DNA of 37,839 nt from the IMG/VR virus record IMGVR_UViG_3300032216_000935, positions 1-37,839 of that record, one strand, 5' to 3'. Every line of letters begins with the position of its first letter. Positions within the stretch are counted from its first letter, which is position 1. The stretch is from a virus. Its lineage: Duplodnaviria; Caudoviricetes. Of the stretch, positions 1 through 8,165 are shown piece after piece. Under the pieces are notes generated by a model, which was not told where the DNA came from, searched no databases, and worked only from the letters and a program-made list of their open reading frames with translations. The translations under genes and the position numbers were made by a program.

Positions 1-123
1 CGCAGACCCAAGTGCGCAGGCCGAGCACATGACGCAGCTTGCCGCCGAAGATGGGCTTGGGTGTATGGCAAAGCGCACACATGCGCCGCGGGCTCCTGAC
101 GGTTTCAATGCGTCCCGTCATGC
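1..123. repeat. Terminal direct repeat, copy 1 (identical to 37717-37839); circular assembly overlap
   Basis: The first 123 nt (cgcagacccaagtg...cccgtcatgc) recur exactly at the window end; minus-strand ORFs read continuously across the junction. Confidence 0.95.
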
Positions 124-570
124 TGCCACCCCCAGTGCTTCGCGTGCAAAGCGCAGATTGACGACGCGGATCGGTTCGCCGGCTGCATGACGATCGAGGA
201 TGATGCGGGCCCAGGCCTTCGGGTCATAGCTTGTCGCCGGCTTTGACTTCAGCACCTCGCGCAGCTTGGCCATCTCGGCCTGCACGCGATCGGGATCTGC
301 CTTCACAAACTCGATTGCCGGTGCGTTATCCTTGCGTGGCGCTGCTCGGCAAAGCTGCTTGAACTCGATGCAGTTGGGCGATCGCGGTGGCAGGTTTTCC
401 AATGCGAAGGCGATGGCCTCCAGGTTGTTGCTGTAGGCTGCGAGCTCGTGCGCCCACACGGTCTTCACTTTGGCCTCGTCCTGGCCCATCCATCGGGCGG
501 TCCACTCGCTGCCGTAGGTGGAGGCGAGGCGTTCAAACAATCGATCAATGGCTTTCAATGGCAGGGACAT
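118..570 (-). CDS. Replication protein P-like (putative helicase loader)
   Basis: Directly follows the initiator; 'IDRLFERLASTYGSEW...W...LPPRSPNCIEFKQLC' resembles lambda P-like family proteins. Confidence 0.6.
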   Translation of the reverse strand: MSLPLKAIDRLFERLASTYGSEWTARWMGQDEAKVKTVWAHELAAYSNNLEAIAFALENLPPRSPNCIEFKQLCRAAPRKDNAPAIEFVKADPDRVQAEMAKLREVLKSKPATSYDPKAWARIILDRHAAGEPIRVVNLRFAREALGVAA

Positions 571-1366
571 GGGTCACCTCCGCGTCAATAGTTAAAAAAT
601 CGTCGGGCTCACTCGATGAGCTACCGCCCCACTTGGCTGCTTCCTGGCGCTTGATGCGCAGGTCGCGTTCGTAAAAACTCTCGGCCTTGGGTTTTGCCTG
701 CTGGCCTTGCACCCACTCAGCCTTGAAGCCTGCCCAGCCACGCTCACAGCATGTGGTCAGTGCCTGCTCGAGCTCGATGCCTGCCTTCACTGCTTCGCGC
801 CTGATGCCCAAGATGGCCAGCTCTGTGACGGCTGCGCTCTTGGCTTTGCGCACCATCAGGAATGATTGCCAAACCTCGGGAGACACATCGACAGGCTTTT
901 GAACCGGTCCGGTCTTTCTCTTCTTCGTAGAAGAAGATGGTGTCTGGTGACTGGTGTCTGGTGTCTGGTGTCTGGAGAGCATACCGTCCGCATTGCCTTC
1001 GCTATGCGTTCGCATTGCGTTCGCATTGCCATCGCTATGCTGCGGATCACGTTGCCAGCGTGCGTTCGCACTGCGTTTGGCTTTGGTTTGCTTGTCAAGA
1101 TAGCGCTCGATTTCCTCGTCGCAGCGCTTGTTGTGCCAGCCTGTGTCGCGCAGCTCAAAGAATTCTGCGAGCACCGTCTCCACGGCCTCCTTCTCTTCTT
1201 TGGTCCTGGCGCCGACCAGGCGCTGGGTTGCAGCCAGGTCGACCGGCAACGGTTTTTCCTGGGCGTAATATTTCCGGATCAACCGGCTGTAGGCTGCATC
1301 TTCCACGAACGACAGATGCGCGGTTGCCTGCGCATAGTCGCCGAGGTGATGCTCGTAGTAATTCAT
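545..1366 (-). CDS. Replication initiator, YdaU/DUF1376 family
   Basis: N-terminus 'MNYYEHHLGDYAQATAHLSFVEDAAYSRLIRKYY' typical of DUF1376; internal iteron repeats; C-terminal 'CCERGWAGFKAEW' domain. Confidence 0.85.
   Translation of the reverse strand: MNYYEHHLGDYAQATAHLSFVEDAAYSRLIRKYYAQEKPLPVDLAATQRLVGARTKEEKEAVETVLAEFFELRDTGWHNKRCDEEIERYLDKQTKAKRSANARWQRDPQHSDGNANAMRTHSEGNADGMLSRHQTPDTSHQTPSSSTKKRKTGPVQKPVDVSPEVWQSFLMVRKAKSAAVTELAILGIRREAVKAGIELEQALTTCCERGWAGFKAEWVQGQQAKPKAESFYERDLRIKRQEAAKWGGSSSSEPDDFLTIDAEVTHVPAIESH
938..1043. repeat. Putative replication origin inside the initiator gene
   Basis: Five 7-bp TGGTGWC units (938-972) and five 11-bp CGCWWTGCnnn units (989-1043); same placement as lambda ori within O. 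Confidence 0.7.
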
Positions 1367-1378
1367 GCGATCCCCAAT

Positions 1379-1479
1379 AAAAAAAGGGTTATGGGCGTTG
1401 TCTCACCCTTGCGGATGTTGGCGGACTGGAGTGGCTCCAGCAGACAACGCTCATAACCCTGCCACTTAAACGCCGCCAA
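1379..1479 (-). ncRNA. C4 antisense-like structured RNA with upstream a1/b1-type sites and terminator U-tract
   Basis: 19-bp outer stem (1385-1403/1442-1460, one mismatch), GCAA-tetraloop hairpin (1404-1417), second hairpin (1426-1440); junction CCGCCAA and loop-region GCCACT complementary to upstream TTGGCGG (1473-1479) and AGTGGC (1461-1466); T-run after the stem. Confidence 0.65.
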
Positions 1480-1524
1480 GCGTTGTTGAGATTTTAGCAT
1501 CACTTTCCTGACGCGGTTCTTACA

Positions 1525-1905
1525 TCAGAAGGGCATGCCATCGTCGTTGATCGGGCCGTCGGCTGCAGGTGCTGGTCGAGCTGCCTGGTTGCCGGCCTTG
1601 TCTCCATGCAGATCGATCTCGTTCAAGGTCAGGCGCATGGCTGTACGCTTTTGGCCATCCTGCTTGCTGGTGTATTCGTCAAGGCTGACGCGGCCAGTGA
1701 CGGTCACCTTCATGCCCTTGACCAGGTACTGCTGCAGCGCTTCGCCGCGCTTGCCCCACAAAGCGCACTCGACCCACATGGTTTTGGGCTCCTGCTTCGT
1801 GCCGATGTCGACGGCCAGGCTGAAATTAAGGACCGCGTCGCCCGCATTGCGGCGGCCGAGTTCTGCGTCTTTGCCAAGGCGGCCTGAGAAAATTCCGAGG
1901 TTCAT
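1525..1905 (-). CDS. ssb: Single-stranded DNA-binding protein
   Basis: OB-fold motifs (GRLGKDAEL, FSLAV, W...WGKRGE...YLVKGMKVTVTGR) and acidic tail DDGMPF. Confidence 0.95.
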   Translation of the reverse strand: MNLGIFSGRLGKDAELGRRNAGDAVLNFSLAVDIGTKQEPKTMWVECALWGKRGEALQQYLVKGMKVTVTGRVSLDEYTSKQDGQKRTAMRLTLNEIDLHGDKAGNQAARPAPAADGPINDDGMPF

Positions 1906-2273
1906 TTTTGCTCCAGTGAAAAAATTTTTACGACAACGTGGCCAGGGCTTGCCGGCGCTTTCCTGACAATGTGGATTTCATCAAAGAGACAATCATCTTC
2001 AACGACGCCGGCGTGCTCCAGGCTGTCGAGTAAGCTCTTCAGAATATTGTCAAGATCGCGCCGACGACGGTCTGGCGGTACGGCTTCGATCCAAACTCCA
2101 ATGCTTTTTGCAAATTTATTTGTGAATTGTGATTCTATGACTTGGCTGCAAATTTCCGACCGATAAAGTCGACCTCGTTCGCTGATGAGATGCCTTCCGG
2201 CCAACGCTCCCTTCGTGGGGTGACGCCAGTATGTGTTCACAGATGGCGGCCATGGGAGGGTCATTTCGATCAA
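1902..2273 (-). CDS. rusA: RusA family Holliday junction resolvase
   Basis: LPWPPSVNTYWR and PPDRRRRDLDNILKSLLDSL...DD motifs; probable TTG start overlapping the cro stop, GGAGG upstream. Confidence 0.92.
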   Translation of the reverse strand: MIEMTLPWPPSVNTYWRHPTKGALAGRHLISERGRLYRSEICSQVIESQFTNKFAKSIGVWIEAVPPDRRRRDLDNILKSLLDSLEHAGVVEDDCLFDEIHIVRKAPASPGHVVVKIFSLEQK

Positions 2274-2491
2274 AGCGCCTCCCGCCCGAAGATGACGTCG
2301 TGCGCAGTCAGGTCGATGTTTTTCGACCAGGCAAGCTCGAGAATGATTTTCTGCCAATAGGACGGCACGCGACCAGTTTTGCTCCAACGAGAGACGGTTG
2401 ATGGCTCACAGTTCAGAAGGCGTGCGATCGGTCGTACGCCGCCAAATGCGCACACAACAAGGGTCGACGGGGGAATCAGCGCGTTGTTCAT
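2270..2491 (-). CDS. Cro-like HTH regulator
   Basis: 73 aa, HTH 'FGGVRPIARLLNCEPSTVSRW', divergent from the repressor. Confidence 0.85.
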   Translation of the reverse strand: MNNALIPPSTLVVCAFGGVRPIARLLNCEPSTVSRWSKTGRVPSYWQKIILELAWSKNIDLTAHDVIFGREAL

Positions 2492-2499
2492 TGAGCAAC

Positions 2500-2528
2500 A
2501 TTATGCCAAAATCTCAATTCCTCGTCAA
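2500..2528 (-). promoter_or_regulatory. PR-like sigma70 promoter for the cro operon (probably leaderless mRNA)
   Basis: TTGACG-17 bp-CATAAT on the minus strand, ending 8 nt before the cro ATG; overlapped by two operator-like palindromes. Confidence 0.7.
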
Positions 2529-2577
2529 AGCAGCATGCGGTTGCAATTCATTGCCAGATGTGCAATGTGATGTGGTT

Positions 2578-3174
2578 ATGGCAATAGATACGCAATGGTT
2601 CATCGAGAGACTGGCCGACCGGAAAATGTCGCAGCGCGGCCTTGCCAAGCTGATGGGAATTGATGCTGCAGCGGTTTCCCTCATGCTGCGCGGCCGGCGC
2701 CGCATGACCCTGGAAGATGCTGCACAGATCGCTGTGCTGCTGCAGTCCACCACTACCGAAGTGCTCGAGGCGGCCGGCATCCAGGTCACCGGATCTGAAA
2801 ACCGCATCAAGGTGATCGGCTTCATGCATGGCGACAGCTCTGTCGGCCTTGAGGCTGAAGGCGTGCACGACTTGGTCGATGCGCCACCAGGTCTGCCGGG
2901 CGATGCTGTGGCCATTCAATGCAGGACAGCACGCACCGACCAAGAGCTCGTCGACGGCTGGCTTTATTTTTTGAGCGAGGGCCACGTCAATCCCGATCGG
3001 GCTGTTGGCACCTTTGCCCTGGTGGCCATCAAGAACAATGGCCTGCAGATGGCGCACATCAAGCGCGGCTATCGCAAGGGGACCTACAACATCTCCGACT
3101 CGACAGGCCGATCGATGCAGAACGTCGAGCTGGCATGGGCCTCGCCGGTGTTCTGGATCAAGACCACAGCCTAA
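2578..3174 (+). CDS. CI-like XRE repressor (HTH plus C-terminal S24-like beta domain)
   Basis: HTH 'MSQRGLAKLMGIDAAAVSLMLRGRRRM'; position between cro and the recombination operon; start placed at ATG 2578. Confidence 0.85.
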   Translation: MAIDTQWFIERLADRKMSQRGLAKLMGIDAAAVSLMLRGRRRMTLEDAAQIAVLLQSTTTEVLEAAGIQVTGSENRIKVIGFMHGDSSVGLEAEGVHDLVDAPPGLPGDAVAIQCRTARTDQELVDGWLYFLSEGHVNPDRAVGTFALVAIKNNGLQMAHIKRGYRKGTYNISDSTGRSMQNVELAWASPVFWIKTTA

Positions 3175-3208
3175 TAACCCTCAACTGTTGAAGGGAATTA
3201 AAAAACAC

Positions 3209-3245
3209 TTGCAGGCATTTTTTAGCTGTTGCACAATTCACAACA
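3209..3245 (+). promoter_or_regulatory. PL-like promoter with overlapping operator
   Basis: TTGCAG-17 bp-CACAAT; palindrome TGTTGCACAATTCACAACA (3227-3245) covers the -10. Confidence 0.6.
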
Positions 3246-3284
3246 CCGAAGCGATTGACGCAACGGATTTTCAAGGAGTGAGTA

Positions 3285-3506
3285 ATGAACGACGTAATTT
3301 TCAAAACAGGTGACCGCAGCAAGATTGGCTGCACCCTTGTCCACATGGGCCATGCATGGCGCGTGATTGGTGTCGGCACAGAACGCGACGGCAACACCTT
3401 CTGCCACCTGATCAACATCTACGAAAAGGTCAAAGGCCAGTTTGTTCAAATCAACGACTGGGTCGACAGCGCAGTGTTGGCCAATTCTAAAAACGTGGAG
3501 GCTTGA
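3285..3506 (+). CDS. Hypothetical early protein (73 aa)
   Basis: AAGGAG RBS upstream; first gene after the PL-like promoter. Confidence 0.7.
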   Translation: MNDVIFKTGDRSKIGCTLVHMGHAWRVIGVGTERDGNTFCHLINIYEKVKGQFVQINDWVDSAVLANSKNVEA

Positions 3507-3841
3507 TCATGACACCAGCCAAACAAGCCCGCGACGCAGAGCACAACGACCTGGTCAACCTGTCGATCTATGAGGTCGACATCTGTGCAGACATCGACTG
3601 CTATTTCGATCCAGACACCAACAACCTCTGGCACGCCTACGTCGGCGACCACGACATCTTCAACATCATGCGCGACAGCACGATCGCTTTCCTTGAGCGC
3701 GAGTTTGAGAAGCACTGCGGCCAGGAGCGCGAGCAGTCCCGCACTGACGCGGCCATCGATCGCTATGAGAGCCGCATGCTGGACCACGTCATGAACCGCC
3801 TGCAATGGCAGCCCTCGCTTGATGCCTTGCGCATTCGTTGA
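3503..3841 (+). CDS. Hypothetical early protein (acidic)
   Basis: Overlaps the previous stop, GGAGG upstream, phage-like codon usage; start may be ATG 3509. Confidence 0.7.
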   Translation: MIMTPAKQARDAEHNDLVNLSIYEVDICADIDCYFDPDTNNLWHAYVGDHDIFNIMRDSTIAFLEREFEKHCGQEREQSRTDAAIDRYESRMLDHVMNRLQWQPSLDALRIR

Positions 3842-3858
3842 ACCAGAAAGAAAACCAC

Positions 3859-4809
3859 ATGACCACTGAAACGATCATCACCCAGTCCGAGCAGCACTGG
3901 CTCGAATTGCGCACCAAGGACCTGACATCCACCGACGTGGCTGCACTCTTTGGCCTGTCACCCTACAAGACAGCTTTCGAGCTCTTCCACGAGAAGCGCG
4001 ACGGCCAGGTCGTCAAGCTCAAACCCAATGAGCGCATGAAGTGGGGCAACCGGTTCGAAAGCGCCATCGCTCACGGTGTGGCCGAGGACAACGATTGGAT
4101 CGTGCAGCCGCTCAAGGCCTACATGCGCGACCCCGACCTGCGCCTGGGATCGTCTTTCGATTTCCAGATCACCAGCCTCGAGCACGGTCCTTGCATCCTC
4201 GAGATCAAGAACGTCGACAGCCTGCAGTACAAGCGCAAGTGGAAGGACGACGGCGCCGGCAGCATCGAGGCGCCCGAGCACATCGAGCTCCAGGTGCAGC
4301 ACCAGATGCTGGTCAGCGGCTTTGGGGCCTGCGCCCTGGTGGCCATGGTCGGTGGCAATTCACCCAAGGTGACGTTCCGCAAATATGACCCCGAGATCGG
4401 CAAGGCCATCAAGCGCAAGGCCGCAGCCTTCTGGGCCAGCATCGCAGCCAATGAACCACCCAGCGCTGACTACATTCGCGACGCTGATCTGATCGCTCAG
4501 ATCTACAGCCAGTCAAACGAGGGCGAAATTTTTGACGCCAACAATGATGAGAATGTCGCATCACTTGTTGCGAAATACCAACACGCAACCAACGAGCGCG
4601 ATTGTTACGACGTGCTCGCCACTTCCTACAAGGCCCAGATCCTCGAGCGCATCACCACCGCCGAGAAGATCGTCGGACCCTTCGGCTCGATCACCACGAG
4701 CCGCACCAAGGATTCAGCCGGAAAGCTGATCACCGCCGACATGGTCGGCACAACCACCGGCGCGCGCTCTGGCTACCGCCAATTCAAACCCAACTGGAAA
4801 AAGGACTGA
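3859..4809 (+). CDS. YqaJ-like viral recombinase/exonuclease
   Basis: 'WLELRTKDLTSTDVAALFGLSPYKT', 'GNRFE', 'SFDF', 'LEIKN', 'QVQHQM' motifs; adjacent to RecT. Confidence 0.92.
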   Translation: MTTETIITQSEQHWLELRTKDLTSTDVAALFGLSPYKTAFELFHEKRDGQVVKLKPNERMKWGNRFESAIAHGVAEDNDWIVQPLKAYMRDPDLRLGSSFDFQITSLEHGPCILEIKNVDSLQYKRKWKDDGAGSIEAPEHIELQVQHQMLVSGFGACALVAMVGGNSPKVTFRKYDPEIGKAIKRKAAAFWASIAANEPPSADYIRDADLIAQIYSQSNEGEIFDANNDENVASLVAKYQHATNERDCYDVLATSYKAQILERITTAEKIVGPFGSITTSRTKDSAGKLITADMVGTTTGARSGYRQFKPNWKKD

Positions 4810-4813
4810 TCCC

Positions 4814-5617
4814 ATGACTGAAGCAACAACCACCGCCCTGACACCGATGGACGCCGTGCGCGGCACTCTCAACAAAATGTCGATGGAGTTCCAGAACGCC
4901 CTGCCCCCGCAGATCCCGGTCGAGAAATTCATTCGCACCACACTGACCGCTGTGCAGATGAACCCTGCCCTGCTCGATACCGATCGCCGCTCGCTCTTGG
5001 GCTCGTGCATGAAGGCTGCCCAGGATGGCCTGCTGTGCGACGGCCGAGAAGCTGCGCTCGTGATCTTCAAGGGCCAGGCCCAGTACCTGCCCATGGTTGG
5101 CGGCATCCTCAAGAAGATGCGCAACTCAGGCGAGATCGCCTCGATCGGCGCCCATGTGGTCTATGACAAGGACCTCTTCGACTACGCGCTCGGCGACTAC
5201 GAGACGATCACGCACAAGCCCTATCTCGGCACCGACCGCGGCAGTCCGATTGCAGCCTATGCCATCGCCCGCACCAAGGACGGCGCCGTCTATCGCGAAG
5301 TGATGAGCGTGGCCGACATCGAGAAAGTGCGCAACGCCAGCCGCGCCGGCGGCAATGGCCCATGGGTCCAGTGGTGGGACGAGATGGCCCGCAAGACGGT
5401 GATCAAGCGCATCGCCAAGCGCCTGCCATCCAGCGCCGACATCGACCAGGTGATTGCGGCCGACAACGAGGTTGTTGGTTTTGCGCAGCAGCCGACGGGC
5501 CCGATCGACATCACGCCGGCCCAGGCCAGCATCGAGAACCCAGGCCAGCCGTCTCGTCTCAAGCAGGCGATCATCGATGCCGATGGTGTCGTTGAAAGCG
5601 AAGGAGGTGAAGCATGA
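4814..5617 (+). CDS. recT: RecT single-strand annealing protein
   Basis: 'SLLGSCMKAAQDGLLCDG', 'GPWVQWWDEMARKTVIKRIAKRLP'. Confidence 0.95.
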   Translation: MTEATTTALTPMDAVRGTLNKMSMEFQNALPPQIPVEKFIRTTLTAVQMNPALLDTDRRSLLGSCMKAAQDGLLCDGREAALVIFKGQAQYLPMVGGILKKMRNSGEIASIGAHVVYDKDLFDYALGDYETITHKPYLGTDRGSPIAAYAIARTKDGAVYREVMSVADIEKVRNASRAGGNGPWVQWWDEMARKTVIKRIAKRLPSSADIDQVIAADNEVVGFAQQPTGPIDITPAQASIENPGQPSRLKQAIIDADGVVESEGGEA

Positions 5618-5829
5618 GCGCCCTCCAATACATGGTCAGCGTCGACGGCAAGGACGCGCCCACCCGTGTGCATGAAACGATTGCCGACGCCCGCAACCAC
5701 GCCGAGCGCCTGGCCAAACTGCCCGAGAACATGAACTCGGTGATCCGCGTGCTGATGGTCGTGGCCATCCTGCGCACGAGCGGCACTTACACGACGGCCT
5801 CTTATTGGGACCAGGGGATCAAGCCATGA
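5614..5829 (+). CDS. Hypothetical protein (71 aa)
   Basis: ATGA-coupled to recT, GGAGG RBS. Confidence 0.7.
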   Translation: MSALQYMVSVDGKDAPTRVHETIADARNHAERLAKLPENMNSVIRVLMVVAILRTSGTYTTASYWDQGIKP

Positions 5830-6221
5830 ACGTAAATCACGGAAGCAAGGCCTGGAAAATGCTCCAGGAGCTTTACGATCTGGGCCCGCAATGGCGCGAT
5901 CACCTGACCTGTTTCAGGCAGGACGAAGAGGCAGACACAGCCATCGGCCGATTGATGATGGCCGGCTACCTCAAGCGCGGTGAAGATAATCTGATTGCCC
6001 TCACCTTTGCGGGCAAGCGACTGCTGTCTCAGCTCAACCAGGCAGCAGACCCAGACCGCAGAGAAGCGGGCTTGCGGGTCATTGGACCAGGCACGGTCAC
6101 CGAACCCTACAGCGCCAAGGAACTCGGACGCACGTCGCTGCGCCCAGGCGCCTATGACGCCTACGAGCTGCCCAGCCTGATGGCCGGCAAGCGCGTCGCA
6201 CCTAGGGAGATCAAGGCATGA
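5826..6221 (+). CDS. Hypothetical protein (possible winged-helix N-terminus)
   Basis: ATGA-coupled; C-terminal 'RPGAYDAYELPSLMAGKR'. Confidence 0.65.
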   Translation: MNVNHGSKAWKMLQELYDLGPQWRDHLTCFRQDEEADTAIGRLMMAGYLKRGEDNLIALTFAGKRLLSQLNQAADPDRREAGLRVIGPGTVTEPYSAKELGRTSLRPGAYDAYELPSLMAGKRVAPREIKA

Positions 6222-6412
6222 GCGCGCTGCTGACACCCACCGACGTCGCAGCCCGCTGGCACATCGACGTGAAGACGCTGTCGAACTGGCGCGTGGCCGG
6301 CAAGGGCCCCGCCTTCGTCAAGATCGGCGTAGGCCGCAACGGCAAGGTGCTCTACCGCCAGGAAGACATTGCCAACTGGGAGATCAAACACCTCAAGGAG
6401 AAACAATCATGA
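6218..6412 (+). CDS. Excisionase-like (AlpA/HTH_17) protein
   Basis: 'LLTPTDVAARWHIDVKTLSNWRVAGKGPAFVKIG...VLYRQEDIANW'; near attP and integrase. Confidence 0.85.
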   Translation: MSALLTPTDVAARWHIDVKTLSNWRVAGKGPAFVKIGVGRNGKVLYRQEDIANWEIKHLKEKQS

Positions 6413-6549
6413 ATGAAAACTTCAACCCGACCCAGCCACTCGAGAACATTGGCATCCCGTTTTGGGACTCGATGATGCTGGTCTTTGCCGGCATGTTTTT
6501 AGGCATCGCGCTGTCGATCGTGTTTTCCCTGCTGGTGGTGTGGTCATGA
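6409..6549 (+). CDS. Small membrane protein (46 aa, not in ORF track)
   Basis: MNENFNPTQPLENIGIPFWDSMMLVFAGMFLGIALSIVFSLLVVWS; AAGGAG RBS; ATGA overlaps at both ends; one hydrophobic helix. Confidence 0.7.
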   Translation: MNENFNPTQPLENIGIPFWDSMMLVFAGMFLGIALSIVFSLLVVWS

Positions 6550-6824
6550 ACGTCGCCACCACCTCCATCGAGAACTACTACGACCACAAGGGCAGCGGCC
6601 GCCTGGGCAAGCAGTCACGCGAGCTGATCGAGTTCATTGCCAGGCATACCGATCGTGATTGGTCCAGGGCAGAGCTCGCCGAGGCTCTCAACCTGCGCCT
6701 GTCGAGCGTGTGCGGCCGGGTCAACGAGCTGATCCACAGCCGGCATGTGGACGTCCAACCGAATCGCCGTTGCCAGATAACTGGCAAGACGGTGTCGCCT
6801 GTGCGACTGCGCGGGCTGTTCTAG
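6546..6824 (+). CDS. Winged-helix DNA-binding protein
   Basis: 'WSRAELAEALNLRLSSVCGRVNEL...RRCQITGKT'; ATGA-coupled start. Confidence 0.75.
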   Translation: MNVATTSIENYYDHKGSGRLGKQSRELIEFIARHTDRDWSRAELAEALNLRLSSVCGRVNELIHSRHVDVQPNRRCQITGKTVSPVRLRGLF

Positions 6825-6826
6825 TT

Positions 6827-7067
6827 TGCGACCCAGGTGCGACCCAGCTTATTTTTGCTGGTGTCGCCCTGCGCCTAAGTTATTGAAAAGATTGGTCGGA
6901 GTGGCGGGATTCGAACCCACGACCCCTAGTCCCCCAGGTAGATGTGACTATCACAACACTGGTCCCGCATTGACATCAACCGCTTGAACTGTCACCACTT
7001 TCTCGTTGCGATAATCACAGCGAGGAACGTCATGGCACGACACGATGCGACCCAGGTGCGACCCAGG
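6827..7067. mobile_element. attP region: core flanked by arm-type repeats and IHF-like sites
   Basis: Tandem TGCGACCCAG(G) pairs at 6827-6847 and 7046-7067; IHF-consensus-like TAAGTTATTGAAA (6876-6888) and CATCAACCGCTTG (6974-6986). Confidence 0.85.
6893..6937 (-). other. attP core: 3' half of tRNA-Pro(GGG), anticodon loop to CCA (not a full tRNA)
   Basis: Reverse complement CTGGGGG ACTAG GGGTC GTGGG TTCGAAT CCCGC CACTCCG ACCA; no D-arm or 5' acceptor strand upstream. Confidence 0.88.
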
Positions 7068-8165
7068 ATTGAGCGCGATACCAAAGTCACCGGCCTGCAT
7101 ATCAAGCACGGCGCCACCGGTTCGGCGTGGTTCCTGTACTACCGCACGAAGGATGGCCAGGAGCGCCGGCCCAAGCTCGGCAGCACCACGGTGATCAACC
7201 GCACGCAAGCTCGCGAGATGGCCCTTGGGATCCTGGTCAACGTGGTCCAGGGCAAGGACCCCAGGAAAGAGGCAGCCAAGGCCAAGCAGCACACCATGCA
7301 GGATCTGCGCGACGAGTACGACCTGGTGCATGGCAGCGTCGAGATCAAACCCTCGAGCAAGGCCACCTACGATGTCTACTGGGACAAACACATCCTGCCT
7401 CACTTTGGCAAAACGACATTGGTGCGCTCGGTCACCAAGTTGGACCTGGTCGGCCTCAAGCGCAAGCTGACCAAGACGCCGGTCACCTACAACCGTGTCA
7501 CCAAGCTGCTCTCGCACGCGATGCTGCTGGCCGAGGAATGGGGCTGGCGCGATGAGCAGACGAACCCCTGCTACAACATCAAGCGCTTCAGGGAAAAGAA
7601 GCGGACCCGCCTGCCCTCACGCGACGAGGCCGATCGGCTGATCGCCGCCCTCAAGAGGTGGGAGGCCAAGCACCCGTGGTTCGTGGGCATGATCCTGCTC
7701 TTGTGCCTGACCGGTGCGCGCAAGGGTGAGATCCAGAAGAGCCGACGGGAATGGTGGCAAGGTGACCAGCTCGTCCTGCCCGACAGCAAGAGCGGTTTCA
7801 AGATCATCCCGCTCAACACGCATGCGCAGGCCGTGGCGGCCGCAATTCCTGAAGTGAAGGGCAACCCCTACCTGATCGTCGGCAGACGCCCTGGCGCGTT
7901 TCTGGCCAGCCCAAAGGAACCCTGGAAGGACCTGTGCAAAGATGCCGGCATCGAGGGGCTGAACATGCACGACCTGCGGCGCTTCTTTGCCAGCGTGTCG
8001 GTGAGTTCTGGCCAGACGCTGGAGCAGACCATGCAGCTCATGGGTCACAGCGAGGCGCAGACGACCAAGGGCTATGCCTTCCTGATGACGCCCGAAAAGC
8101 TCGCGGCCATGCAGGCCACCGGCGACCAGGTCATGAAGATGATCGAAAAAAACCCCGGCGCCTAG
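7032..8165 (+). CDS. int: Tyrosine integrase with N-terminal arm-binding domain
   Basis: Catalytic R (GARKGE), K (DSKSG), HxxR (HDLRR), H (MGH), Y (TKGY); GAGGA RBS before ATG 7032. Confidence 0.95.
   Translation: MARHDATQVRPRIERDTKVTGLHIKHGATGSAWFLYYRTKDGQERRPKLGSTTVINRTQAREMALGILVNVVQGKDPRKEAAKAKQHTMQDLRDEYDLVHGSVEIKPSSKATYDVYWDKHILPHFGKTTLVRSVTKLDLVGLKRKLTKTPVTYNRVTKLLSHAMLLAEEWGWRDEQTNPCYNIKRFREKKRTRLPSRDEADRLIAALKRWEAKHPWFVGMILLLCLTGARKGEIQKSRREWWQGDQLVLPDSKSGFKIIPLNTHAQAVAAAIPEVKGNPYLIVGRRPGAFLASPKEPWKDLCKDAGIEGLNMHDLRRFFASVSVSSGQTLEQTMQLMGHSEAQTTKGYAFLMTPEKLAAMQATGDQVMKMIEKNPGA

Noticed and set aside
1-123. Biological terminal repeat of the virion DNA
   Set aside because: It falls within a coding region and is more simply an assembler overlap; cannot be decided without reads
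938-1043. CRISPR or mini-array
   Set aside because: Repeats are contiguous 7- and 11-mers without unique spacers, inside a coding sequence
1484-1502. Palindrome family as LexA, Fur or FNR boxes
   Set aside because: TG-N9-CA spacing does not fit CTGT-N8-ACAG, GTTC-N7-GTTC, the 19-bp Fur box or TTGAT-N4-ATCAA
6893-6937. Functional phage tRNA-Pro gene
   Set aside because: Only the anticodon loop to CCA is present; no 5' half, so it is an attP core
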